IMG/VR virus record: IMGVR_UViG_3300025466_000016
Source of the DNA: an uncultured virus (IMG/VR IMGVR_UViG_3300025466_000016)
Lineage: Duplodnaviria; Heunggongvirae; Uroviricota; Caudoviricetes
Direction: 5' to 3' (one strand)
DNA length: 64,000 nucleotides
Positions 18,729 to 28,943 of this stretch are shown in pieces; positions within the stretch are counted from its first letter, which is position 1; the number at the start of each line of letters is the position of its first letter. The position numbers were made by a program, and so were the translations under genes. The notes below the pieces were generated by a model. The model was not told where the DNA came from, did no database searches, and saw only the letters and a program-made list of their open reading frames with translations.

Positions 18729-20031
18729 AGTTTTTTAAATCTGCCAATTCGGGGAATGTTTTAAAGAAGTCTTCGTTACGCACACGATCAATTAAATCGT
18801 TGTTTCTAAAGAATTCACGTAGTTCGTGTGTGCTGTCTTGTTGCATCATAAAGTTAATAACACCTTGATAGCCCGATGTTGCACGTGTTAGAGTATCAAG
18901 CGGCTTTAACCATTCAATGTGTGCTTCTAATTTTTCTTTTGCCTGTTGTTTTAAATGCTCGGGTAATACATCAACACGATAGCGGAATGGATGTTGTAGC
19001 ATATTAATGTTCCAATCCATTGGACGTAGCAATCCCAACTCAACCCATTCACGATGGAAATCAGAGATGTGTAATACGTTCATCATGCTTACTGTACTCG
19101 ACACATAAAAGTCTACGTTAGGACATATTTCGATCATACGTTCGCGATTTTCAACTGTTTGACGCCAGTCTTGGCCTTTACGTATATACTCACCACGCTC
19201 ATAGCTACCATCTAAACTAGCACCAACTGATACACAGTCAAACAGTTTCCACATTTCAAATACATCGCGACCTTTAAACTTCATTTCCGAAAAGTTAGTA
19301 TTGTAGATTAGACGTACATGGAACATTTCACGTTTAACTAATTCATCAAGAACTTTCCAATGCTCTTTCATAATCAGTGGCTCACCGCCTGCCCAATAAA
19401 TTTGTTCTAAATGCGGAATGTGCTCTTGCATCTGATCCCACATGTCATCTTCATCTTTACCAGCGTACATAATCATTGGATGCTTTGGATCCCATCCTGC
19501 AGCTTTTTCGTCTTTATACCAGTTACTAGAAAAGATACTACCGCACGTGCGGCAAGCAAAGTTACAAAGGTTACTAAAGCGGATATCATAGTAACGTAGT
19601 TTAAAATCATCATATGTACCATCTTCCTTGGTATCATCTACTAGGTTAATTAAGTGTCCAAAATTCTTATTTGAACTTTCGCGCATACTAAACAGTTTGC
19701 TTTGCTCTTGTTCGTAGCATTTGGTACATTCTTTACAAGGAACATTGTTGAGCATATTTTTACGCATCAACTTCATTGGATCTTGGTTCCAAATTTCTCG
19801 CATGGTACTTTTCTTAAAGTCGCCAATTGGATGCTGTGGTTCACTTAAACAGCAAGGGTACGCACGTCCGTCAGGAAATCCGTGCATATGAATCCAAGGT
19901 ATCATACAAAATTGATCACTCTTAATAAGTCGATCAAGTTGATCTGGACGTAGATCTTTTTCGTCAATGTACACGGGCTTACGGGCACCGTAGTTATAGT
20001 TCTTGTAGTAGTCGTTGATGTTATCAGCCAT
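18715..20031 (-). CDS. radical SAM enzyme with N-terminal SPASM/Twitch-like domain (rSAM3)
   Basis: CNFACRTC, AGGEP; N-terminal CMIPW..YPCC..ECTKCY. Confidence 0.93.
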   Translation of the reverse strand: MADNINDYYKNYNYGARKPVYIDEKDLRPDQLDRLIKSDQFCMIPWIHMHGFPDGRAYPCCLSEPQHPIGDFKKSTMREIWNQDPMKLMRKNMLNNVPCKECTKCYEQEQSKLFSMRESSNKNFGHLINLVDDTKEDGTYDDFKLRYYDIRFSNLCNFACRTCGSIFSSNWYKDEKAAGWDPKHPMIMYAGKDEDDMWDQMQEHIPHLEQIYWAGGEPLIMKEHWKVLDELVKREMFHVRLIYNTNFSEMKFKGRDVFEMWKLFDCVSVGASLDGSYERGEYIRKGQDWRQTVENRERMIEICPNVDFYVSSTVSMMNVLHISDFHREWVELGLLRPMDWNINMLQHPFRYRVDVLPEHLKQQAKEKLEAHIEWLKPLDTLTRATSGYQGVINFMMQQDSTHELREFFRNNDLIDRVRNEDFFKTFPELADLKNYAPT

Positions 20032-21380
20032 TATAGTGAATTATACCATTCTGTTAGTGTTGGAAATGCGGCAATAAAATTCTTACCGCGACGTTGATCG
20101 TATTGTTGGTAAAACTTTTTAAAGTCTTGTTGTAATACCGATTGTTCTGCAGCATCTGCGTGTGGAGTTTTAACTACATCTAAATAATCAATTAAGCGTT
20201 GTAATTGATTTAACTCAAATTGATGTAGGAACTCGTTATTCCTGTTTTCGTCAAGCCATGTTTGTAAGCGTAATTTATAATATGTTCTATATTCGTCGGG
20301 GAGTACTAAAGGACTTTGAAAACTTGGGAATCGTAATATATTTAGCGAGAATGTAGGATGATCTTTACCCCATTCGCGTTTCCAATTTAGTACAACATCA
20401 AGGAATGTGTCTAGGCTATCTAAGCACAATGCATTAATTGTACACATCATATGTAGTCCACGTAATTGTTGACTTTGCAATAATTTTTCTACGTTGTTAG
20501 CCCAATCTTCCCAGACTAAGCCATCGCGTATATATTCTGCTTGTACGCCTACAGCTTCGTTGCTAGTATATAGATCAAACTCAACACCTTCTATGCTATT
20601 GAGCAAACGATCTAAATCTACATCTGTGCCTAGATTACTATTAAAGGCCAAACGAGTAGTTGACTTACCTTTATTTGTTTTAAACCAATCTAATAGTTTC
20701 CATGTTTCTGCTGACATGAGAGGTTCGCCACCAGTTACACGTAATTCTTTTAATGTTCGGTGTAGGTCGCTTTCCCACCATTTGTGGAACGCTTCAACAT
20801 ACGGATTAACTTCTCCAAAACGGTATAGCTGACTGCTATCATGTACGTGAGTAAAGTGATTACGGCCGTCACTAACAAGATTGGTATAAGGACCATTCGT
20901 CCTAATATCTTTAACCCAAGTTGAGCTAAATGCTGGATTACAGTAAGAGCAAGCAAACTGACAGGTGCGGTCAAAGGCAATTTCAAGTGTTTGTAAATCC
21001 ACATCTTGATCTTCAGGTAAATGGAAAGCATAGTCTAAATCCTTATCTTCATATATAACAGTTTTATAAACACGGTCACTAATGTTATCGCGGCCAATGT
21101 CTTCAATCTTCCAGCAATACTCACAGCCTGCAGGACGATCTCCTCGTTGCATCTGGGCACGTTCGTGTTTTTTCTTTGGGGTGTTATGCAGTGCTTTGGG
21201 ATTTGCTTCAACCTCTGCTACACTAACCTGATGCGGCAATGGGTGATGGCAACTGGTTGTTTGCCCTGACCCTAACCAAATAGTAGCATTGTACCATTTA
21301 GCTCCGCAGAATGATTCCGACTTGATATCAATTACACGTCGTTTGTATTCTAAATCTGTTTCGGTATTAAGTTTCGGCAT
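20031..21380 (-). CDS. radical SAM enzyme (rSAM4)
   Basis: CQFACSYC, TGGEP; N-terminal CGAKW..SCHHP..CEYCW. Confidence 0.93.
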   Translation of the reverse strand: MPKLNTETDLEYKRRVIDIKSESFCGAKWYNATIWLGSGQTTSCHHPLPHQVSVAEVEANPKALHNTPKKKHERAQMQRGDRPAGCEYCWKIEDIGRDNISDRVYKTVIYEDKDLDYAFHLPEDQDVDLQTLEIAFDRTCQFACSYCNPAFSSTWVKDIRTNGPYTNLVSDGRNHFTHVHDSSQLYRFGEVNPYVEAFHKWWESDLHRTLKELRVTGGEPLMSAETWKLLDWFKTNKGKSTTRLAFNSNLGTDVDLDRLLNSIEGVEFDLYTSNEAVGVQAEYIRDGLVWEDWANNVEKLLQSQQLRGLHMMCTINALCLDSLDTFLDVVLNWKREWGKDHPTFSLNILRFPSFQSPLVLPDEYRTYYKLRLQTWLDENRNNEFLHQFELNQLQRLIDYLDVVKTPHADAAEQSVLQQDFKKFYQQYDQRRGKNFIAAFPTLTEWYNSL

Positions 21381-22816
21381 GCTTCCAATTCCGGTATATA
21401 GTCTTGTAGTTTAACATCTCTTGAGGCATCTAGTCTATCATTAAATTCAAAGAACTTACGCAATACATTATAATCAACCTCGCTGATGGCTAGAGTATCA
21501 ATGATTGCATCGATTTGGCTTTTAAATACTTCGTATTTTTTATAAGTGTTTAGTGTACGAATCTTTTGTAAATCTGCTAATGCTGTATTTTTATCAGCAA
21601 AATTCCAGGGCACCTGAGTATACGGCTCTAATAATATACCAGCATTGTATCTACTATGAGGATAGGTATTTTCTAAAAACTCAAATATACTATATAAATT
21701 AGAAATATTGTAAATAGACACGGTTGTATTAAAAGATAAACGCCCTTGTGCTACATCATATAAAGATTTTATATTGTTTGCAAATTTATCCCAAGGAATG
21801 GGCCAACGTATATACCTATTAACCTCTCCGTACCCATCGATACTAATTTCAAATGTCATCAAGGAAAATTGTCTAGCTAGTTTTAAAAATTTATCACTTA
21901 CTACGGCGCCATTGGTATTAATTACTATTTCAAAATCTGTACAGTTTTCATCAATACAGCGTTGTAAAAAATCCATAGTAGTAGATTGTATAGTTGGCTC
22001 ACCACCGCTAATATATACACGTTTTGCAGTGTGTATATCAATAATAGAATAATCGGGTAGCTCTGTATTACCTACATCTGCCGGTGTTAAATGCAATTTA
22101 AAATATTCTCTAGATATAAGATTACTCTGACTAGGTGCACAGGTCCTGCACAAAGCATTACATTCATTATTAAGACGTATACTATAATCCACTATAGTCT
22201 GTTCAGCAAGTTCCTCTAGAGTTTTTACATTTAATCGATGTGCCCAATCGATTGTACGTTGTTTACGAGGGCTAATGATATTCATATCATCTAATCTATA
22301 ACAATAGGTACATTCGTCAACTAGTTCCCCAGCAAGCATTTTTGACTTGACTGTGTCAATATCAATTATTTGATCAGTTACGCGATTGTCGTGCATAAAG
22401 CCGCAACCTTTTACTTTATTTTCATTTTGATAAACAGAAATAAACGGCAATATACACAAACTAGGATTTTGATCTACCATTTGCCTAATAGGATTTCTAG
22501 CCAGTGGATTTTGAAATTCAACTAATAGTCGATCTTCAAGTCCAAGTCCCATATCTAATGTTCTATGATAGTCCCTGGGGTTATCGTATTCTGTTTGATC
22601 TAACATGACAATTTCTGTATTGTCCGACACCATGTCACGTAACTCTTGTAGCTTAATATCAAATATACTTGTATGATACACTCCTACCTCAATTTCAGTG
22701 CCAGCATCTAATATTCCGTGATATGGTAATTGTTTTACCAGTGCAATATCCTGAGCAAGAATATCAGCTTCTTCTGTGCCGTTGCCTATACAAATAACAG
22801 TATTAATTTTTTGCAT
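21350..22816 (-). CDS. radical SAM enzyme with extra N-terminal domain (rSAM5)
   Basis: CNALCRTC, SGGEP, NTNG; CILPF..GC..ECTYCY. ATG at 22816 preferred over 22921, which overlaps rSAM6 by about 120 nt. Confidence 0.88.
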   Translation of the reverse strand: MQKINTVICIGNGTEEADILAQDIALVKQLPYHGILDAGTEIEVGVYHTSIFDIKLQELRDMVSDNTEIVMLDQTEYDNPRDYHRTLDMGLGLEDRLLVEFQNPLARNPIRQMVDQNPSLCILPFISVYQNENKVKGCGFMHDNRVTDQIIDIDTVKSKMLAGELVDECTYCYRLDDMNIISPRKQRTIDWAHRLNVKTLEELAEQTIVDYSIRLNNECNALCRTCAPSQSNLISREYFKLHLTPADVGNTELPDYSIIDIHTAKRVYISGGEPTIQSTTMDFLQRCIDENCTDFEIVINTNGAVVSDKFLKLARQFSLMTFEISIDGYGEVNRYIRWPIPWDKFANNIKSLYDVAQGRLSFNTTVSIYNISNLYSIFEFLENTYPHSRYNAGILLEPYTQVPWNFADKNTALADLQKIRTLNTYKKYEVFKSQIDAIIDTLAISEVDYNVLRKFFEFNDRLDASRDVKLQDYIPELEACRNLIPKQI

Positions 22817-24188
22817 AATACTCGCACTCTTTCCAAAACTCTCGCATCTCCGGGAACGTAGCAATAAAATCTGTTTGTCGACGCTTATCGTGTTCGTTAA
22901 AGAAACGATAAAAATCTGCACGTTGTTGTTTAATGTATCCTGTGTCTAATGTTTGACCTTCTTTCATCCAGTCAATGTCTCGACGCATACGCTGTACTTC
23001 ATAGTCTTTAAACCCGTGAAATGGATCTTCTGGTGTTTCTAAATGTAGTTCCATCCAATCGGCTACACGTTCTAAAACTGAAACATACACAGGCGGTAGT
23101 ATTTGTAAACTTTGCCAGCGGGGTTGACGTAACACAGGAGTATCAAACCAAACACGTTGATATGTTGTGCTATATACTCGGCGTAGATCTAATATCCATT
23201 CAAGTTGTTTTTGTAGTCCTAATACACTCAGATTATTCATTGTAATAATAAATGTAAGACTGTTGCGATATGGGATATCCGCTAGGTATTTGTGTACGTT
23301 GTAAGACATTCTGTTAAAATTTAAACCATTACGTATATATTCAGCATGAGCGGCGTTGCCCGAATCTAAACTAACGTATTGCATAAAGTGTTCAATTTGT
23401 GTCGAGCACAATCGTTTAACATAATCAAGGTATTTGTCCATTAACGAATCTTCTACACTAAAATTACTAGTTACGTCTAGGTGTAGTTCTGGATTAGGTA
23501 GTGCTAGTACATAGTCAAATACTTTATAGGTATTTTTGTCCATTAGCGGCTCGCCGCCAGTCATGCGGAAATGTTTTAGATGCGGATAAAGTTCGGGCCA
23601 CCATTCCCAGAATGCATCAACATAAGGATTATCGTGGGAAGCAGGTATAGGCCTATTGCGACCAGTAAAATGAGTGGGATCGTTATGTATAGTACTGGTT
23701 GGGTAGCCACCCCATCTATCCACTTCTTGCATCCAGCTACTACTAAATTGAGGACTACAATAACTACATCGCAAATTACACGCATGGTTAAAGTTAACCT
23801 CGACATACGACGGAATAACATTGTCCTCTTCCCCATTACTATTTCTAATCGTCTCATAACTGTCTGCAGCCCAAGGCTCTCCTGATCTATAATGTCTATC
23901 ACTTAGTTGATTGTGTGCTTCCATATTCCAGCAATAACTACACTCGCTGGGTTTTTCCTGACGCAACATCATAACACGCTGTTTCTTTTTATGCTCAGTG
24001 TTGTGTAAGGCACCGGGATTATCTTTAAGTACATCAGCATCAATTTGATGTAGTGGTGGGTGATAACAACTATTATTAAGTCCCGTGGGTAAATGTAAGC
24101 TAACCTGTTTCCATTTAGCCAGGCATAGTGCATCGCCTAATTTTTCTTTCATCTGCTCTGCGGCAGACATAAAATCACTTTTGCTCAT
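22803..24188 (-). CDS. radical SAM enzyme (rSAM6)
   Basis: CNLRCSYC, TGGEP; N-terminal CLAKW..SCYHP..CSYCW. Confidence 0.93.
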   Translation of the reverse strand: MSKSDFMSAAEQMKEKLGDALCLAKWKQVSLHLPTGLNNSCYHPPLHQIDADVLKDNPGALHNTEHKKKQRVMMLRQEKPSECSYCWNMEAHNQLSDRHYRSGEPWAADSYETIRNSNGEEDNVIPSYVEVNFNHACNLRCSYCSPQFSSSWMQEVDRWGGYPTSTIHNDPTHFTGRNRPIPASHDNPYVDAFWEWWPELYPHLKHFRMTGGEPLMDKNTYKVFDYVLALPNPELHLDVTSNFSVEDSLMDKYLDYVKRLCSTQIEHFMQYVSLDSGNAAHAEYIRNGLNFNRMSYNVHKYLADIPYRNSLTFIITMNNLSVLGLQKQLEWILDLRRVYSTTYQRVWFDTPVLRQPRWQSLQILPPVYVSVLERVADWMELHLETPEDPFHGFKDYEVQRMRRDIDWMKEGQTLDTGYIKQQRADFYRFFNEHDKRRQTDFIATFPEMREFWKECEYYAKN

Positions 24189-24879
24189 TTAAATAGTTTG
24201 CCAAGTGTTGTGCATATAATTCATTTGCCTGATTGTTAAAATGTATACCATCTTCGTGATACCAATTATTTTCTTTGCCAATTTTTTCTAACGATATGTC
24301 GGTGTATATGTTAGACCAATCTAACATTTTATAGTACTGATCAAATCTAGGAAGACGTTTAAAGTCCCACCAAAACATAAACTTGTAAGGAATGTTTAGT
24401 GATTTTAAAACACCTTGTAAACTAATCATTTTGATAAGATCAGATTCCATATATTGTTCGTGTTTAACTAAACTGTGTATAGGCTGAAATAATTTTTCTA
24501 CGCTATCTGTTTTCAAATTCTTAGATCTATTAAAACTAAAAATCCAATCTTTTTGAATATAGTCCTGATCGTTAATTGGGAATACCTGCTTGTCGGGCCA
24601 GTCGTTCATTGACGTTTGATACGCCGAAGTTCCATCTGAGTCAGCAAACTGTGTAGGATCTGCAACTCTCAGATCCATGCGACCTTCTGTGGCCCACATA
24701 ATTAATACCATATCGTAACTACGTTGACTAAGTTCTGCTATGGTACTGTCGTGTATATAGGTATTGCCACTACGCCCTAGAGCTAAGTTTACTAAATTGT
24801 TGCCTAGCTTTTCTTGCAAATAATAAGGCCAACTACCCGCACCTCTACTCATTGAAGAACCATTGACTAAAATATCCAT
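24175..24879 (-). CDS. SGNH-fold protein
   Basis: NGSSMSRG...GRSGN...DGIHFN. Confidence 0.7.
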   Translation of the reverse strand: MDILVNGSSMSRGAGSWPYYLQEKLGNNLVNLALGRSGNTYIHDSTIAELSQRSYDMVLIMWATEGRMDLRVADPTQFADSDGTSAYQTSMNDWPDKQVFPINDQDYIQKDWIFSFNRSKNLKTDSVEKLFQPIHSLVKHEQYMESDLIKMISLQGVLKSLNIPYKFMFWWDFKRLPRFDQYYKMLDWSNIYTDISLEKIGKENNWYHEDGIHFNNQANELYAQHLANYLNEQK

Positions 24880-24884
24880 ATTTT

Positions 24885-24913
24885 ATTGTACACTATTCTA
24901 TTGTAAAAATCAA
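24885..24913 (-). promoter_or_regulatory. sigma70-type promoter TTGATT-N17-TACAAT for the SGNH/rSAM operon
   Basis: On the minus strand, -35 at 24908-24913 and -10 at 24885-24890, with a 17-nt spacer. Only 5 nt separate the -10 from the ATG. Confidence 0.65.
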
Positions 24914-24953
24914 AAGATACAAGTTCAAAACCAAATTTTGGCTAAGTAACTTT

Positions 24954-26033
24954 ATGAAAAGAGCTGTATTATGTGTTCGTAATCCACAAGACTATATTGA
25001 TCAGTTACAAGACTACAGTATAATGATTATCAATCCGGATTCTTCTGAGTCCCGTAATCAATATTTATTAACTAAATCTGACTATAGTTTATTAATAACC
25101 AACGACGGTGAACAATACCGCGATGGACAAGACTATCCTAACGAACGACTATTTTGGTATACTAGCGGCACAACCGGTGACAGTAAGTTTTGTAGTTTTA
25201 GTCAAGAACAATTAGATTTGCTCAGTGTTAAAATTTGTCGTAGTTACAACATAACAGCCAATGATAGATATACAAGTGTTATGAGTTTATGGCATGCACA
25301 CGGACAAGGTTTCTATTGGGCAACACGCCTGGCCGGATGCGAAACACATTTTTTGCCTATTAGGGATATTAGACATCTTTCCAAATACAGTCCTACATTT
25401 ATAACCGCTGTGCCCGATGTACTCAGAGTCGTTGGATCAACCGATATACAAAATTTAAGATTTATACGCAGTGCCAGTGCCGCTTTACCTAATACCTTGT
25501 ATACGCATCTTAAAGAAAAATTCAATACACCTGTAATTGAGGCCTTTGGTATGACAGAAGCATTAAGTCATTGTTTTACTAATCCATTAAATGGGGAACA
25601 ACGTATAGGTACTATTGGGTTACCCGATGGCATAGAAGCCGACGTAGTTGAGGGACAGTTGTATATACGAGGTCCTACATTGTTTACCAATGATTGGTAC
25701 AACACTGGCGATTTAGCTGAACAGGACGAAGCAGGATATTATCGCATACTAGGCAGACATCGTGATCAAATCAATGTCAAAGGTAAAAAATTAAATCCAT
25801 TGAGCATTGAAACACAATTATTAGAACACATAATTGGCATGCACGAATGCGTGATATTCGGATCTACCGCCGTTAAATGCTTGTACACAGGACAATGCGA
25901 TAGAGATGACATACGTCAATACTTACTAGGGCTTGGGGTACATTGCAGACCTACTGTATTAGAAAATGTAGATTCTATTCCCGTTAGCCCGTCGGGTAAA
26001 ATCAGTCGTACTTGGCTAGACAGTCGCTACTAA
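24954..26033 (+). CDS. AMP-dependent acyl-CoA ligase/adenylation enzyme (ANL superfamily, short form)
   Basis: YTSGTTGDSK (A3), EAFGMTE (A5), YNTGDL (A7), GRHRDQINVKG (A8), PSGKISR (A10). Confidence 0.92.
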   Translation: MKRAVLCVRNPQDYIDQLQDYSIMIINPDSSESRNQYLLTKSDYSLLITNDGEQYRDGQDYPNERLFWYTSGTTGDSKFCSFSQEQLDLLSVKICRSYNITANDRYTSVMSLWHAHGQGFYWATRLAGCETHFLPIRDIRHLSKYSPTFITAVPDVLRVVGSTDIQNLRFIRSASAALPNTLYTHLKEKFNTPVIEAFGMTEALSHCFTNPLNGEQRIGTIGLPDGIEADVVEGQLYIRGPTLFTNDWYNTGDLAEQDEAGYYRILGRHRDQINVKGKKLNPLSIETQLLEHIIGMHECVIFGSTAVKCLYTGQCDRDDIRQYLLGLGVHCRPTVLENVDSIPVSPSGKISRTWLDSRY

Positions 26034-26927
26034 CTATTCGCGAGCCATTGGACCTTTGTTTTTAAATTGGCTCTTATAGTGATGTTTAAAAAACTTACTA
26101 GCATCGGGATCCATATCAACAATAGGTAGGCTTAATTTATTACGTAATATGTCGCCCACACTAGTACATTGATCAGGGCCATCCTGGCTAAAAGATTCCC
26201 ATAGTCTAGCTAGTGTATCAAAGTCTTGTACATCTTTATAGTTCCAACCCTCAACCATGGTCATAAATGTACCTAGTCGTGCCCCATATATTGCCCAAAA
26301 ACCATTCTCTACATCGGCGCCTACTGTTTGCCATACACACAGATGATCGTAGTTGCGACTGTTAACACGTGATTCAAATTCAGTTAAATTTGGTTTGGCG
26401 CCACGATCTAAACACATCTTAACACCCTCACGAAATCCGGCACGCCATGCTTGGAACGGGGTAGCATTAGGGTATGTAGTTGAATAACAATCATGCATAG
26501 CCCAATAGTTAGGATAGAAACAAAACTCTACATCATTCTCGTCGGTGCCGTCTGAGTTTTCGTGTGTACGCATATTATATATAAACTCTCGGGTCCACGA
26601 ACTCATTCCACCGTTACCATACATAAGCCCGTTGATAGCGTTACGAGCTCGCCAACGAAAAACACAATCTCGGTTAGTGTCTGTTAATTGTAGTTGGAGA
26701 TTAAAGAAATCAGGATCTGGAATATTATCACCATCGATAAGAATAAAACGCTCAGTATCACTTGCGTCAGCGGCCGCCTTGTGTGCAGCATCTGAACCTT
26801 TAATGCCATCTACTCGTTTTGCCCAAGGCACCATATTTGAGATTTTGATCCAAGATTCTTCTTTACGTGGCTCGTCATAAGTTAAAAATATACAGTCTAA
26901 GTCTGCTACATCAATTATTTCGTTCAT
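26034..26927 (-). CDS. GT-A-fold glycosyltransferase-like protein
   Basis: FILIDGDN (DxD) after the helix AHKAAA; AWRAGFREGVKM. Confidence 0.65.
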   Translation of the reverse strand: MNEIIDVADLDCIFLTYDEPRKEESWIKISNMVPWAKRVDGIKGSDAAHKAAADASDTERFILIDGDNIPDPDFFNLQLQLTDTNRDCVFRWRARNAINGLMYGNGGMSSWTREFIYNMRTHENSDGTDENDVEFCFYPNYWAMHDCYSTTYPNATPFQAWRAGFREGVKMCLDRGAKPNLTEFESRVNSRNYDHLCVWQTVGADVENGFWAIYGARLGTFMTMVEGWNYKDVQDFDTLARLWESFSQDGPDQCTSVGDILRNKLSLPIVDMDPDASKFFKHHYKSQFKNKGPMARE

Positions 26928-27282
26928 AGTATTCTGTGTTGTTATATTCTTCGCCCAACTCTAGTATGAGTCCAGCATGATTTTTTATTACTTGAAATCC
27001 AGATTGGCTAGATCTTAACCTAACCCTATATCCCGCATCTGAATTTTTTAATTGTAAACGATCATCCTCTACATAGTAAAGACCAAAATTTTCATAAATC
27101 TTTTGATCAACTACAATATATGGTAAATCAAGTTTTTCATCATTGGCTAATTGTGTACCAGCTACAATGTCGCCTGCAGGGTTGTAATATAATCTATATT
27201 CATTAGTGGGTGGTATTACGGGTTTAACCAAACGGTTAACTTCATCCCAAAATGCTTGTTCTTCTGGACTCATAATATTCAA
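26911..27282 (-). CDS. hypothetical protein (123 aa)
   Basis: ORF overlapping both neighbours in the operon. Confidence 0.7.
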   Translation of the reverse strand: MNIMSPEEQAFWDEVNRLVKPVIPPTNEYRLYYNPAGDIVAGTQLANDEKLDLPYIVVDQKIYENFGLYYVEDDRLQLKNSDAGYRVRLRSSQSGFQVIKNHAGLILELGEEYNNTEYYERNN

Positions 27283-28123
27283 TTAATTTTTTAGTAGCGT
27301 ATTTCTTATCGTAATAGTGTACTGGATGATATTGATTTAAATTGTTAATTCTAATCATATCTTCGTCACGTTCGTGCATAACTGTCTTTAACCAAGAATG
27401 GTCATCTGACCAACCTTGCGCTCCTGGCTTCATGTGTACAAAGTTAATAAAATCCATACTTGGTATTGTACATGTTTCTACACCAACTATTAATGCTGTT
27501 ACGGCATAAAGTACATCAGTGCTAGGAGTTTCTTCTCTACAATTTTTTAATATTTTATCTTTTAATAATGCCCAATTTGCTTGTACATCTTGCGCTGTAC
27601 GAAAAAATTTTGCAGCTTCGGCACTAAATCTAAAATACATTAGTCCATTATAAACATCGGGCAATTGATTATCATCAAAGAAATGTCTATATTTGCGAAC
27701 AGTACTTAATTCCTGACGATAATCTCTCATACCTGTGCTTAGTACCATGTTGCGTAGTCTAAATGCTGTCCACCAATGGTCAATTGATCGTGTAAACAAC
27801 AAGTCTGATTCTAGTTTAATAGTTTCTTTAAACGGTGTAAGAGTAAAGACCTGCCATTCGTTAGCCAGCTTCCAAGTACTGGTACTAGCATTATAGTCCA
27901 CGGGCAAATCAATAATATAATCAAACACAAGACGATGGCGTTCATCAATTTTCTCCTTAGTTGCAGCATCTACTATTACTGCGTAGCTATTAATTTTTTG
28001 TGTTGCCTTAACATTTAAAGCCTGTAGATAGGCAAGTTCTAGGTAATCCACAGAATCTGTGTTTTGTGCAAAGGTTACAAAACCCTGTTGTTCTTTATGT
28101 TGGCTCACAGATTGTATCCACAA
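27242..28123 (-). CDS. GT8-like nucleotide-sugar transferase
   Basis: TPFKETIKLESDLLF (DxD-like), VYNGLMYF; paralog of the next gene. Confidence 0.6.
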   Translation of the reverse strand: MWIQSVSQHKEQQGFVTFAQNTDSVDYLELAYLQALNVKATQKINSYAVIVDAATKEKIDERHRLVFDYIIDLPVDYNASTSTWKLANEWQVFTLTPFKETIKLESDLLFTRSIDHWWTAFRLRNMVLSTGMRDYRQELSTVRKYRHFFDDNQLPDVYNGLMYFRFSAEAAKFFRTAQDVQANWALLKDKILKNCREETPSTDVLYAVTALIVGVETCTIPSMDFINFVHMKPGAQGWSDDHSWLKTVMHERDEDMIRINNLNQYHPVHYYDKKYATKKLIEYYESRRTSILG

Positions 28124-28943
28124 ATTGTTTAAAATCAGGCGACAGTAAATATTGTTTATCTAACACATGTACATTCTGTCTTGGTAATACTGTAGTCAAT
28201 GGCCATTTGTCTCCGAGAATAATTTTATGATTCACCTTGATGAAACTTCCGCTAAAGCCAATACTTTCAACATCGTGATATAAACTAAGCATAGGCCACG
28301 GAATACCTTGATCCTCATTGAGATCGTATCCACTTAGTATTACATTAGCAATAGCAAATGCAAAATCATTTCTAAAATTAGCATGGCTAATATTATATAA
28401 AGCACAATAATAATTATAATTGCGTTGTATACGTCCTACCAATTCAAACAGCATACGGCCGCGTTCGCTTTTTCTAAATAACACTACAGTTGCCCAGACA
28501 TGTGGCAAACTTGTATTACCCATGCTGTCATTGCTAGTTTCATATGGAGTTGTGTTTTTATGTTGTAACTTATAATCAAAATCTGTTGAAAACAATTTCA
28601 ATAAACTATCGTCTAATACCAAATAGTCTGTGTCTAATAAAATAGTTTCTTCGTAAGGACTAAACTCATATGCCAAGTAACGACCAAAGTTTCTCCATTC
28701 TATAACTCGGCCGCCTTCTGACCCGCGACCGTTAATTTGATTAGTGTCCTTGGGAATTCGAATAATGTGGTCGTAGTCAAACTCAGGTTTGCTGTCTGCA
28801 TCAGTTACTAGTGTTACAGGCAGTCCGGTATTGTGTTTGATTAATCGGCTCGATTGATCCGCGATGGCAACATAATCCACTTTGGTGTTCAGAGCAAATA
28901 CTATAACACCTCTAGACACGTCGGATTTTTTTGAGTTCTTCAT
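28095..28943 (-). CDS. GT8-like nucleotide-sugar transferase
   Basis: SPYEETILLDTDYLV (DxD), WATVVLF, FRNDFAFAIA. Confidence 0.65.
   Translation of the reverse strand: MKNSKKSDVSRGVIVFALNTKVDYVAIADQSSRLIKHNTGLPVTLVTDADSKPEFDYDHIIRIPKDTNQINGRGSEGGRVIEWRNFGRYLAYEFSPYEETILLDTDYLVLDDSLLKLFSTDFDYKLQHKNTTPYETSNDSMGNTSLPHVWATVVLFRKSERGRMLFELVGRIQRNYNYYCALYNISHANFRNDFAFAIANVILSGYDLNEDQGIPWPMLSLYHDVESIGFSGSFIKVNHKIILGDKWPLTTVLPRQNVHVLDKQYLLSPDFKQFVDTICEPT

Noticed and set aside
21350..22921. 523-aa version of rSAM5 given in the ORF track
   Set aside because: The first 35 codons overlap rSAM6; the ATG at 22816 gives the short overlap typical of this operon.
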